In this document: in pieces, positions 1 through 10,580 of the stretch
How positions within the stretch are numbered: position 1 is the first letter of the stretch
Layout of the letters: each line of letters starts with the position of its first letter
Notes under the pieces: model-generated
The model's input: the letters and a program-made list of their open reading frames with translations, nothing else
What the model was told of the DNA's origin: nothing
The model's database searches: none
Made by a program: the position numbers and the translations under genes
From: Trypethelium eluteriae
Lineage: Eukaryota
Reading direction: 5' to 3'
DNA: 40,228 nt
Assembly: GCA_051942245.1 (NCBI GenBank)
Contig: JAVECL010000019.1
Coordinates: 62,001-102,228, forward strand

Positions 1-2
1 GC

Positions 3-674
3 CTCTTCATCGATTATCGGCACTTCGACGATGCGGGGATCGAGCCTCGCTTCGAATTCGGATTCGGGCTCAGCTATACAAGCTTTCAGTATCAAAACTT
101 GCAGATTTTGGCCTTATCTAACAATAAAACGACACTTGCCATGCCAACAACAACTGTCAATCCATCCATATGCCCAAGTCAGAGTCTCAATCCGTCAGAC
201 TACACCTTTCCAGCCACTATTAGCTCGATAACAGACTATATTTATCCTTACATTGAAGCCAATACCAGTATTTATACACCGCAAGCCACACCTACGCCGA
301 CGATCAACGCTGTCGCGGCTGGTGCACAGGGAGGTGATCCAGCCCTCTGGGATGTTCTTTATCGGGTACAGTTGCAATTAAATAACACTGGGTCAAAAGC
401 CGGACAAGAAGTTTCCCAGTTGTATCTCGAACTCGGGAACGATACGCCACCTCGTCAACTCCGCGGCTTCAATAAGACGATGGTACAGCCAGGGGAAGCG
501 CAAACGGTCACCTTTGATTTGCGCAGAAGGGACGTGAGCATCTGGGACATAGTCTCGCAGAGCTGGGTTGAGGTGACGAGTCTGGGAACAGACATTGGCG
601 TTTTAGTAGGCGCAAGCTCTAGGAACCTACCGCTGAGAGGCGTCATACCGGCTCAAGGGGCACCGTACGTGTAG
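3..674 (+). CDS. GH3 beta-glucosidase, C-terminal part (5'-truncated by the window), including the FnIII-like domain
   Basis: Frame 3 is open from the window edge: LFIDYRHFDDAGIEPRFEFGFGLSYTSF...GGDPALWDVLY...NTGSKAGQEVSQLY...PPRQLRGFNK...FDLRRRDVSIWD...VGASSRNLPL. These are hallmark fungal GH3 C-terminal motifs. Stop TAG at 672-674. Confidence 0.95.
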   Translation, partial: LFIDYRHFDDAGIEPRFEFGFGLSYTSFQYQNLQILALSNNKTTLAMPTTTVNPSICPSQSLNPSDYTFPATISSITDYIYPYIEANTSIYTPQATPTPTINAVAAGAQGGDPALWDVLYRVQLQLNNTGSKAGQEVSQLYLELGNDTPPRQLRGFNKTMVQPGEAQTVTFDLRRRDVSIWDIVSQSWVEVTSLGTDIGVLVGASSRNLPLRGVIPAQGAPYV

Positions 675-1092
675 AGGCAAGTAATGGTACGACCTATTCG
701 TCAGACATCTAGTCCACGCCTACCTTGTCCGGGAGAGGGAGGCTAGTCGAGCGCGTTGAGTGGATTCGGCACTATCGCAGGGTTTGCTATGTGGTGAATT
801 TCTAATGGACAGTTAGAAACGGACCGGAATAGTAGAGATCGATCTCCTTTCGATCTGTGAGGCTAGCCATTGTAGCGCAGGTCTTATAGGCCCAAGTAAA
901 GATCGTGGAAAGACTTCTCGACACATTGCGGCCTGCTGTAGGGCTGGCCTCTCGTAGTGAGAACAGTAATTTTTGTATTCGTTAGCCTCGATATCTACGA
1001 GCTATACAACAAATTATCAGTGTCATATTCCTGCAGCACATTAAGCTCTTTGAATCTGTCCAGATCCGTGAATTTTCACGATACACTATCCA

Positions 1093-1766
1093 TCATGGCA
1101 GTGCACACGTCCAATCTTGGGTGGCCGGCAGATTTTCCGAGAATGGAATATTTGAGCTTTCCCTGAACTCTGCAATCTGCCGTTCCCCACCGAGATCCTC
1201 TACAACCACAAACACAGCATCGGTAAACCAAAGGTCAGTCCCAAGCAGTGTCGTACCCCCTTCCCATCCAGTCGCGTACACAAATCCTCCTTTATCTCCA
1301 CAAGAATTCGGTACGCCGACAGTAGTAAGGAAGCCGTGATCGAATTCTTTGAAGCTGGCGCCAATACTAGCATTGAAGCTCTTGTAAAGGGTCTTGAATC
1401 CGTCGAAGTCGAAGCGTGACTGGTTGAATGAGGCGAGGAGGGTTTTAGAGAACACGGCATCGTAGGCAACATCCCAGGCTCCGTTTGCTGGATAGGGAAA
1501 GAACTCTGATTACAGTTCATTAGTAATGTTTCATATTTGTGAGTATGGTACACCAACTATTGACCTGGCATTCGAGCCAGTTGCCGAGCTCTACAGATGC
1601 ATTCGCAGCAGTGGCCGTGCATGGGTCTTGTTGACGAGGAAGGATCGGCGAGGACGCGCTGGCGAAGGAACAGAGAGTGGCTATGACTGCTGCAATGATG
1701 AACGTCAACAATGAGGGCTCGTAATGCTTCAGGGACGGGCTTACCGGTTAAATAGAGGACACGCAT
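1093..1766 (-). CDS. Small secreted protein (~188 aa, 3 exons), possible NTF2/SnoaL-like fold
   Basis: Exons 1766-1745, 1689-1558 and 1505-1093. Introns are GTAAGC...GCAG (1744-1690) and GTTGGT...TACTAAT...CAG (1557-1506). They join in frame (567 nt) to give MRVLYLTAVIATLCSFASASSPILPRQQDPC...WLECQVNKFFPYP...ERQIAEFRESSN...WTCALP*. Signal peptide followed by a PRQ propeptide-like motif. Confidence 0.8.
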
Positions 1767-4047
1767 TTTGAATTGGAACGAAGGTTGGGCCTCGTGCTGG
1801 TGATGGAGGCAGTGAAGAGAGGTAAGGCGTAACTGATGACTCGCACAGAATATTGTCTAGGGGAATCCAAGAAGATTCACTCAAGAGAGAGAACACTCAA
1901 ACGAATCGTATGCACACTGGTAGTGTGTATATATTGACATGACGTGCATGGGCCATTCAGTCATGGCAATCCGGGTCGGTGTGGCACTTCGCGGCGGTCG
2001 CTCCTGCCAGCAGGGCCTCTTGTCACCGTCGGAGATGCTGGAATTGTCCATTGCGTGTGTGCATGCATGCCTCGACCACCTGCGGCGCGTTATGGCGAGG
2101 GGCACTCAGGTGTTTTGGTGAGTGACGAACGAGGACTAGAGTGGATGAGGAAAACGGTCAACGGAGTCGGCTCCAGATTCAGCGCCAAGTATCCAGAGCG
2201 GCTGAAGACCCTTCCACGTTTGCCACGCTGCTTCCTCAATGCAGTCCGCTCACAGGCAGGCCGATTTATTGCTGAAGATTTTTTCATGAGTGTCTCGGAC
2301 GAAAAGACCTGCTTGGATTTTGTCGAGTGTTCGGCGAGATAGTCATGGTAACGATGCCCTTAAATACCTTATGGCTTGTTTGTAGGCACCAGTTCATCAT
2401 CATGGAGCATGATCAAAGTACAGAAAGGCTGCCTTCCCACTCGGCACAGCATTCGAGCAGGTGGCTTCTGATAATGTAGGATACCGATTTCGGCATAAAG
2501 CTCTGCTGAGGCACTTTCCATAGACTGCGTATCGATATCCAAGCTTTCTGAGAGGATTTCCACGATCCTTTCCGCGATTGAGCAAGGAGTTTGGCGTGAG
2601 ATGCGGCGCGAACCAACGACATCATACTTAGCCCCGCAATCAGCAGATATTCAAAATTTAATCAGCGCTTAGTCTACTCCAGTGGTGCCAGTGCTCTCGT
2701 CACTGCGATGACGCCATGTCTATCCGTTCGGTCCTGTCCATGTTGTGGCCCCTTTTCCCAATTCACATCGGCTCCATTCAGGGACCTGTACTCTACTTCG
2801 CTTGTACGTTTTATGCGCGGCCGGGGTAAGGAAGGAGGGACTTCGATTTTCATTGCCACGATAACTTGTGATCCTAGTCTCAGTTTCTATTTGGGTATCC
2901 AGCCCCGGGGGAGATCCATCAACAAATTACAACGGTCCCGAACCAAGTCACATATTGCGTCTCATAGAGGTCATGATCAGTCTTTTAGCTATTGATTGTT
3001 CGTAGACTATGAAGCGACGCTACTTTGAGCAAAGGTTAGAGCTAGTAAGAACCGCAGGAGATGATCCGAAAAGGAGTGTTGAAGAGAACAGAGGCAGTTG
3101 AACACGAAGCCACTCGATGGTTTTCAGGTCAATGCATATTAGTATACATCAGTTGGCTCATAGTATTGCATTCTTGCCTAACAGACCTTTCGTGTTTTGA
3201 GAGAGCAAAGAATGTCAATGCGAGTCAACGCGAGTCAAGCAGTGCGAGGTATTAGGCTGCAAGGCATCCTCAAAACATGGCAGGATTCTTCTCCAACAGA
3301 AAAGAGTCAGCATGTCTCGAACGCTCTTGCCGAACGCTTCACGCCAAGCCAAGAACCGGTGCACCAGGGGATACACTAGAAATCGTCGGCAGGGCATACA
3401 AGACCTCAAATGGCTATCTCTGGTTTGAACATTTCACCGTCTATAGGGGCACTCCTAGGTTGTACAGAATTGGAATGAAATATTAGGGAGATCTTCGATC
3501 TTACGGCTACTGAGAGGTTTTCCAACTCTACAACAGGTTTTACTGCGAGACCTCCCAAACTTATACCTCTAGGTCTCAAAACTTCGGTTAAACCAATACT
3601 CTAGTACCGACATTCTTTGTTTGAGCAGCGTCGCTCGAAGTAAGGCATTTCTAGGAGTGGAGGCAGAAGGATGAAGTTAAGCCACATTCCCCACGCTAGA
3701 GCACAAGCCCCTCGATGGTTGGAAGAAGACACGGAAGACTAACAGAAACGTGCGACGATCCAAGCCTCGTTCTTCTTATCACGAGGCCGATCGCATCGCA
3801 CCGCCTTCCGTAAATGACTATTTTCATTATGCTTTTTTAAGTCAGCCTTGCCGTTCAATAGGATAGCCTGAGCTCAGCCCCGTCATTCGCTCACTACAAA
3901 GAAATTTAAATGGGTAATCGCGACACATCACAGACTTAAAAACAACGTCCTCAACTTTCATAAAGGTTAATATAACAGCACCATTTCTCCACTTTCACAA
4001 TCGCTACCTCTACCCTCATACTTCGGACTTCACTTTAATACATTGCA

Positions 4048-5787
4048 ATGTCGGGAAAACAACCCGTCTCAGCGGAGCCATCGCTCGCCCGCACACTGGT
4101 TCCTAAGGAAGACTTAAATTCAGCGGACGACGATTCTGATGCATTTGATGGCACCGATGACTGGACCATTCCCGATCGTGTAGCCAAGCAGGATTATTTT
4201 GTATTCATCGACCATCGGCAGATCCATTCACTTCTTGATGCATTCTTACGACTGGATCATAATATGCAGGGCGGCAAGATTGGACACCTCATCTCCCGCA
4301 AAAGGTCGCATGCCTGGGGAGGAAGGGAGATAAATGTGGGACAGCTAGGTATACTCTCATATAAAGGACGGCCCATTGTGGTGACAAAGCCTGGCAACTA
4401 CTGGAACTGGAGCTGGACGCATTCTTGGTTAGGGCCCAATCTTGACCTGACGGCTGTGAATGAGGTCAACGGTCTCACATTTGCACAAGTCGGCCAGTCG
4501 GAAGCTATGGTTTGTCTCGATCCTCAGAATCAAGTCTTCATCGTGCGCAATGGAGGATTTGCAGCGTATGGCTCGAATGGTACCTACAAAGTCGTCGAGA
4601 TCGTGGACACCCTCAATCTGGGAGAAGAGTACGCAATCAGAGAATCGGACACCGACAATGACGGAACAACTCGTGTTCTGGGCTACAAGAAGGAAATCAG
4701 GCACAGAGTATCTGTCGGTAGTAATCAGAAACACGTCACCATTGCTACCTTCTTCAATGTTCCAGCACAGAATACCGTCGTCATACAGAATGCTGGTCAC
4801 CTGAAGGCCTTCGGCGCTGGACAACACGTCATTACCAACCCCCGATGTACGTTCCGCGGCTTCTTCACATTTGGAGAGCGCCAAAAAGCGTTCCGCACCC
4901 AGCCCGCCTACACGCTCGAAGGCGTTCCCGTAGTCCTGCACGTCAATCTCCGCTACCGCGTGGTCAACGCCATCGAACTCACGAAATCCTACGAATCCGC
5001 CTTCCAAGCGCTGAAGAACCCCGCGCAATCCGCCGTCAACGCCGTCGTCTCGCGCCTCTCGTACCAGCAATTCATGCGGGCGAAGAACATCGGCGGCGAC
5101 ATCCCAGACGTCGAGCACATGAGCTGGCTCGAAGCGTTCAAGTCGGAATGCCTGCGGTCGCTGGCAGAGCACGCGCTGGAATACGGGGTGCAGGTGCTGG
5201 CATTCGACGTGCTGGACCGACGCCTCGAGGGCAAGCTCGGCGACGACCTCGAAGACCAGGCGGAGTCGGTGCTCAAGAACCAGATGCAGGCGACGCAGAT
5301 CTCGCTGCAGAACAAGATCAAGACGGAGACGGAGCGCGGCAGGCTCGAGGTCGCGAATGTGCGCGCGCAGCAGGTCGAGGTCGATGCCAATGCCGATTAC
5401 TTCCGGACGTCCAAGGAGGCAGATGCGAAGTATTATCAGCAGCTCAAGGAGGCGGATGCGGAGGCGGAGAAGTTGAGGAGGATTGCGCAGGCGCAGGCGG
5501 ATTCGAATAAGATTGAGACGGAGCAGAAGGTGCGCGCTACGGAGCAGCTGGCGGAGGCGGAGCAGAAGCGGATTATGCTTGAGGGCCAGGGATATGCGTC
5601 GGTGACGTCGCCGCATGGGCAGCGGATGCAGCTCGAGAAGGTGGAGAAAGAGAAGTTTGGGAGTCTGCCGGAGAAAGCGACCGTCTTTGTTGGTCAAGGG
5701 CAAGGCGATGCGGGAGTGACGGACGGGTACAAGTTTGCTCAAGGGATGTCGATGGGAGGCGTAGCTGCAAGAGAAAGCCGATCATAG
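4048..5787 (+). CDS. SPFH/band-7 (flotillin/vacuolin-like) protein with C-terminal coiled coil, 579 aa, intronless
   Basis: ATG in a good context (GCAATGTCG) with strong codon bias. SPFH core: AYTLEGVPVVLHVNLRYRVVNA...AQSAVNAVVSRLSY...EYGVQVLAFDVLDR. It is followed by an Ala/Glu-rich coiled coil (EADAEAEKLRRIAQAQADS...AEAEQKRIMLEGQGYA). Confidence 0.85.
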   Translation: MSGKQPVSAEPSLARTLVPKEDLNSADDDSDAFDGTDDWTIPDRVAKQDYFVFIDHRQIHSLLDAFLRLDHNMQGGKIGHLISRKRSHAWGGREINVGQLGILSYKGRPIVVTKPGNYWNWSWTHSWLGPNLDLTAVNEVNGLTFAQVGQSEAMVCLDPQNQVFIVRNGGFAAYGSNGTYKVVEIVDTLNLGEEYAIRESDTDNDGTTRVLGYKKEIRHRVSVGSNQKHVTIATFFNVPAQNTVVIQNAGHLKAFGAGQHVITNPRCTFRGFFTFGERQKAFRTQPAYTLEGVPVVLHVNLRYRVVNAIELTKSYESAFQALKNPAQSAVNAVVSRLSYQQFMRAKNIGGDIPDVEHMSWLEAFKSECLRSLAEHALEYGVQVLAFDVLDRRLEGKLGDDLEDQAESVLKNQMQATQISLQNKIKTETERGRLEVANVRAQQVEVDANADYFRTSKEADAKYYQQLKEADAEAEKLRRIAQAQADSNKIETEQKVRATEQLAEAEQKRIMLEGQGYASVTSPHGQRMQLEKVEKEKFGSLPEKATVFVGQGQGDAGVTDGYKFAQGMSMGGVAARESRS

Positions 5788-5987
5788 CTTTCGTCTGGTG
5801 AGGGTATCGTTGCCGTGTTGGAGTTAGTAACTTACTTTCTGCAGGGCTTGTTTGATAGCACAGGATCCTCATGTACCAAGTATTAGCAAATTTTATTTTA
5901 TTCCCATCGCCTTCGTAAGAGCAGATTGAAAGATGACAGAGCCAAAGTGAGCTGCAAGGTACAAAATGTGAAGAATCTAATAGTATA

Positions 5988-8294
5988 TTACAGATCCACA
6001 AATTCGCCCGGGATCGCCTCCTTATTCCTCCAACTCTCGAGGTACTTAAGAACCTTCTTCGACATCGTCTCCGTGTCATACCCAAAGTGCTTATAAATGT
6101 ACTTTCCCGGAAGACTGTGACCAAACGTCTTCATGCAAATGCCAGCATCCGCATACCTCTCCCAACTCGTGGGCGCGTACGGCTCGATCACAACCGCCGG
6201 AACGCCCTCATGCCTTCTCAGCACATTGCGGCGGTACTCACGTGGCTGGGCCTCGAAGAGACGCTGACAAGGGAAGCTGACAACGCGAGCTCGAATGCCG
6301 TAATCGTCAGACAGATACGAAGCAACGTTCAGAGCAAGAGAGAGCTCCGCGCCCACGCCAATGAGCGTGACCTGCGGATCCGACACGTCGCGGACGATGT
6401 ACGCGCCCTTGCCCACTTTGGAACGGCGGGTGACGCCCGTCTGAGGGACGGCATGTCGGCTTGTGGAGATGATCGATGGTGTTCCCTTCGCTTTGATGGC
6501 CTCGATCCAGGCGCCGGCGACTTCCTCGCTGTCGGCTGGCCGGATGTACAGCATGTTGGGCATGGCTCGGAATAAGGCGGCGAGTTCGATCGGTTGGTGT
6601 GTCGGACCGTCTTCTCCTGCGCCGATGCTGTCGTGCGTGGCAACGTGGATGACCTGGAGATGCTGTAGGGCGCCCATCCGCACACCTGGCGCGGCGTATA
6701 TGTAGAACATGAAGAATGAACTGGTGACAGGGAGGATTGTCCGTGGGGCGTACGCAGCGAGGCCGTTGGAAATGGATGCCATCACGTGCTCACGGATACC
6801 GTAATGGATATATCGTCCCGTGTAATCGCCATCCGGTCCCGAAGTCGTCTTCAGAGAAGGCGGCTGGAAATCTATTTTTGACGGATATCCCATGTTGACC
6901 GACGGACTCAGATCTGCAGTACCCACCATAAATGATTTGATCTTATCGATGATGGGACCAAATACAAGATTGTTGGATTTGCGAGTTGGTGTGGGTGAAT
7001 CTGGAAAGCTCTGTGGAATTAATTCTTCAAAGTTCTCCGGAATTTGGCCCTCGATCCTCGCTTTGAAATCTGTTGCCACATTTGGATGTTTACTAGAGAA
7101 CTCATCCAGCACATGGTTCCACTCTTGCACCCACCTGTCACCCCGCGTAGGGATATCTTGGTAGAATTGTTTGACTTTTTCTGGAATGACGAAATGCTTT
7201 TCTTGGTCCCAACCGTACGCTTTCTTCATGTCTGCAACACTTTTCGTACCAAATGGGACACCGTGCGCGACTGCTTGGCCAGCCACCGCACTCCCTACGC
7301 CAATGATAGTTCGAACGTTAATGAATAAGGGCCTCTCCCGTGACGGATCTTTTCCCTTTGCTAGCGCCGCAACAATGGCCTCGACATCGTTGACACCATC
7401 TTCAATATCGACCACATCCCAGCCGCAGGCCCGCATCTTAGCGTTGACGTCCTCAGTATTGGTCATGTCGACACTGCCATCACATGTCACCTGGTTATTG
7501 TCATAGATAACAGTCAGGTTATTCAGCCTTAGGTGTCCTGCGTAGGAAAATGCTTCGCAACCGACCCCTTCTTGGAGGCACGCATCGCCTACCATGCACC
7601 AGGTGTGATTGGAGACCACCTCATACCCCGGCCGATTGTAGGTTGCCGCAAGGTGCTTTGTCGCCATTGCGAGGCCGACAGCATTTGCAATTCCTTGACC
7701 AAGCGGCCCTGTTGTAAGCTCAATGCCGTCGTGTTCGATCTCTGGGTGGCCAGGGCATAGGCTGTCCGGTCGTTCTGAATGATAAGATTTGAGCTGCTCC
7801 CATGTCATTGCCTTGTATCCAGTAAGGTATAAGTTGCAGTATTGAAAAAGGCAGGCATGACCTTGAGATTTGTTAGCTTGCTGTGTTCGGTGCTGAAGCC
7901 CTTTGGGCTACTTGCTGACCATTGGAAAGCACAAATCGATCTCGGTTGAACCAAGACGGATCGTTTGGAGCATACCGCATAGCATACTTCCAAAGAGCCA
8001 CTCCGATTGCTGCCATGCCGATGGCTCCCCTGAAACTCATCTCAGCTTGGTCGTAGCAACTGTTCCGTCGACTACCAACCCTGGATGGCCCATGTTGAAC
8101 TGCTCGCAGAGATCTGCAATGAGCAATCGAAAAGACTGCAATACTAATTGGATATCTTCACGACTATACTTTGCCGGTGCCGAAGGCGTAGACTCTGCTT
8201 GTAGGAGGCCATCGACCGTAGCCTTGCCATATGACGTAGAGCCGTTCGTGGTCCCATTCGGGCTCAAGCCATTCATGCTCAAAGTTTGAGCCAT
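5988..8294 (-). CDS. Transketolase-family enzyme, dihydroxyacetone synthase (formaldehyde transketolase)-like, ~732 aa, 3 exons
   Basis: Exons 8294-8080, 8029-7920 and 7861-5988 join in frame. Motifs: LIADLCEQFNMGHPGGAIG, NRDRFVLSNGHACL, LKSYHS...CPGHPE, TTGPLGQG, ThDP motif GDACLQEG...YDNN, HYGIREH, THDSIGAGEDGPTHQP. The ADLC.QF, LKSYHS and GDACLQEG variants fit the DAS-like paralog better than housekeeping TKL1. Confidence 0.93.
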
Positions 8295-8492
8295 CGTGTA
8301 GGAAAACAATAAAAGAAATTGATGAGAGCAAGGGAAAAGTAAAGGAGAGAGAGAATTGAGACAACAGAAAAGCTTTAAGAGTTAAAGGACCGAAACTGCG
8401 GAGATTCCTACATCGTGCATTGATAAACACCGATTGACTTCGTGGTATGCTTTACAATCGTTTGGACCAGCTTGTGCTTGGTCCCTCGTCAT

Positions 8493-8575
8493 CTGGAGAC
8501 ATAGCGTCATCCGGATTACTGCGATGAGGCAAGAGTCAACTGTGCCTGGGATGGTTTTGGGGTGGGGTTGCGGGG
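8493..8575. promoter_or_regulatory. Cluster of SYGGRG (CreA/Mig1-type) motifs upstream of the DAS-like gene
   Basis: CTGGAG (~8493), GTGGGG (~8562) and GCGGGG (~8570) lie 200-280 nt upstream of the ATG at 8294. The motif is short, so these could be chance matches. Confidence 0.3.
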
Positions 8576-8966
8576 TGTGAAAATATGGCGGAAAGTTTGC
8601 CGGGCGGTTCGGCATGCTTCTTTTGCTTGTGCGGAATGCCACGGCTGAGCTTCTTCTAAGAGAAGTATCGATTGGCAGTGTCTTCAATCAGAGTACTCCG
8701 TACTCACTGTCTGCTCTGCTCCTCCAGGTGAAACGATCTGTGTCAACAATGTTCATGACTGAGTGAGGGTTCGTGCTTAGGAACATTATTTTTTCCCAAG
8801 CATATCCACTATCCAGTCAGAATGTAAGAGTCGACACTCGTGTCAGGATATTCAGGATTCCATTGAAGATGCACCCTCTATAAGCCCAGCATCCAAGGCT
8901 TTGACCATCCTGGCACGCGAGCAGCACTGTCTAATACTTTTCTATCCCAACATATGACCGCGCTTC

Positions 8967-10580
8967 TCAACCACAAACACTTTTCACCATCTCTTCTGCC
9001 TTCCATATCGCTTCTTTTGGCCCAACAATCGTAACCAAGGTCCCCAGGTATAACCCTTGCCAAAATGCCATGAGCATCACACAGCCAGTCAGACTTTTGA
9101 TGTTACCCGCGGCCTTGTGCACCGCGAATTTATTCCCATCCTTCTCCTGGCCCTTGTCACTAGGGATGAGGAACTGTCGTGCTCGATACGGGTTATGCCA
9201 AATTCTTGTTCCCGGCGCTCCAAGGTTGACGGGCGGACTCCAGTCTAACTCATCTCTCACAAAAGCCGTGATTTGCGACTTCATCTCGGAGAAGACTTGT
9301 GGCACCCGGTTCGGAGAGTACGAGATGGGCAGGAGGATGATCTGAGCCTTGAAAGGTTGCCGCTCGCTAGGGGGCTCAAGTTTTCGAGCAAACTGACGGA
9401 GCTTAGTGAGAGCGGTGAAGGCCTCGTTATTGAAGCAAAGTATGTAGTCACAATCCCGAAAGTGACGTGGTTGGACGCCGCGCCCATATTTATCACCCCG
9501 TAGAAGCTTGACCAGTTTTACGAGCTCCAAAGCCTTCGATTCCTCTCCGTAAGCGCTTTCTACACAGTCCAGAGCGCGTTGAGCTCCGACCTGTCGGCGG
9601 TCGAGAGTAAAAGGCACGGCTTTGGCTTCTGTAGCGCGTCTTGTCAGATCAGACTTGAGGAGATAGCCGGCACCTTCGATGCGTTTGGTAAAATAGTTCT
9701 GGGATCCCGTTGCAGCATGTAGACGGAGATACTCAAGATGAAATTGGGCCATGGTGGCAAGAGCGCCCTGGCGAAGATCGACGCAAAGGATCGGTGCTGT
9801 CATACGCATCTTTCTGTATCGAATCTCTTTCTTGTATGGCTCCAGCACTTTCTGGGCATCGCTTGGCGTCATTCTAGTGTCAGATTTGGCCAGATCAGCT
9901 TCGATGGTTTTCCATGATTGAGGGTCATCGCTACAGGCGGCTTGGATGACTTGGTTTTTTCCATATTTTTCTAGAATTGCTTGAAGCAGTCGATCTTTTT
10001 CGCGAGCTTCTCGATCTCTCCTACGAACGTCTTCTCTCAAGGCATTAAGAATTTTCTCTTGACGGGCAAATCCAGCTTGGACATCGGCGGCATTTTGAGC
10101 ATTGGCAGCTGGTGAATTGAGGAGTAGTTGCTTCGAGTTCAGTATCTGTAAAAATTGTCCTATCTGGGCGTTGTACTCCCTGATTCTTCTCAATTTGTCA
10201 TCAATTTTGCTGGTGTATTTCAACGGCAGCCAAACAGAATCCAACAGCCAGCCGCGATCCCATTTCTCCACCACCTTTCTGGTTTCTTTAACGTCATCCT
10301 CCAAGCGACTGAGGCAGGTCTCAAGCGGATCGTGGCTGATTGATGCTCAGTAGAGGCCTTTTCGCATGGGTGTCGCAATCTCTTACAGATTATGATCCTC
10401 AGGGTGATGGGTAAAGTATGCCTTTGTCAGCGGATCCAATTCTGTCAACATGGCAATGGAAGCACTCAACACATCCGTGGTGTCTTGCGTGAGTTGAGGT
10501 GCGTTCCGGCATTTTTCCGTTACATCTACTAAGAGAGTAATTACTGTAAAAATGTCTCCTACGCCGACACCGAAAGACAT
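8967..10580 (-). CDS. Uncharacterised multidomain protein (~520 aa, 2 exons): HeLo/SesA-like N-terminal helical domain + inactive LMW-PTP-like domain + degenerate KH domain
   Basis: Exons 10580-10387 and 10335-8967, with a 51-nt intron GTAAGA...ACTGAG...CAG, in frame. The N-terminus MSFGVGVGDIFTVITLL is typical of fungal HeLo-like/SesA domains. The middle ILCVDLRQGALATMAQ...RIEGAG...RGVQPRHFRDCDYILCF...KAQIILL resembles LMW-PTP. The C-terminus RQFLIPS...NIKSLTGC...LVTIVGPKEAIWKAEEMV resembles KH. Confidence 0.8.

Noticed and set aside
835..846. 12-bp palindrome GAGATCGATCTC in the convergent 3' region
   Set aside because: Palindromes of this length are expected by chance in 40 kb.
1880..3620. 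Several 60-130 aa ORFs between the secreted-protein gene and the SPFH gene
   Set aside because: No recognisable motifs, consistent splice model or codon bias. A decayed gene cannot be excluded.
4429..5742. 437-aa antisense ORF and 221-aa alternative-frame ORF overlapping the SPFH gene
   Set aside because: Shadow ORFs produced by high GC3 codon bias. The composition is Leu/Arg-rich with no domain motifs.
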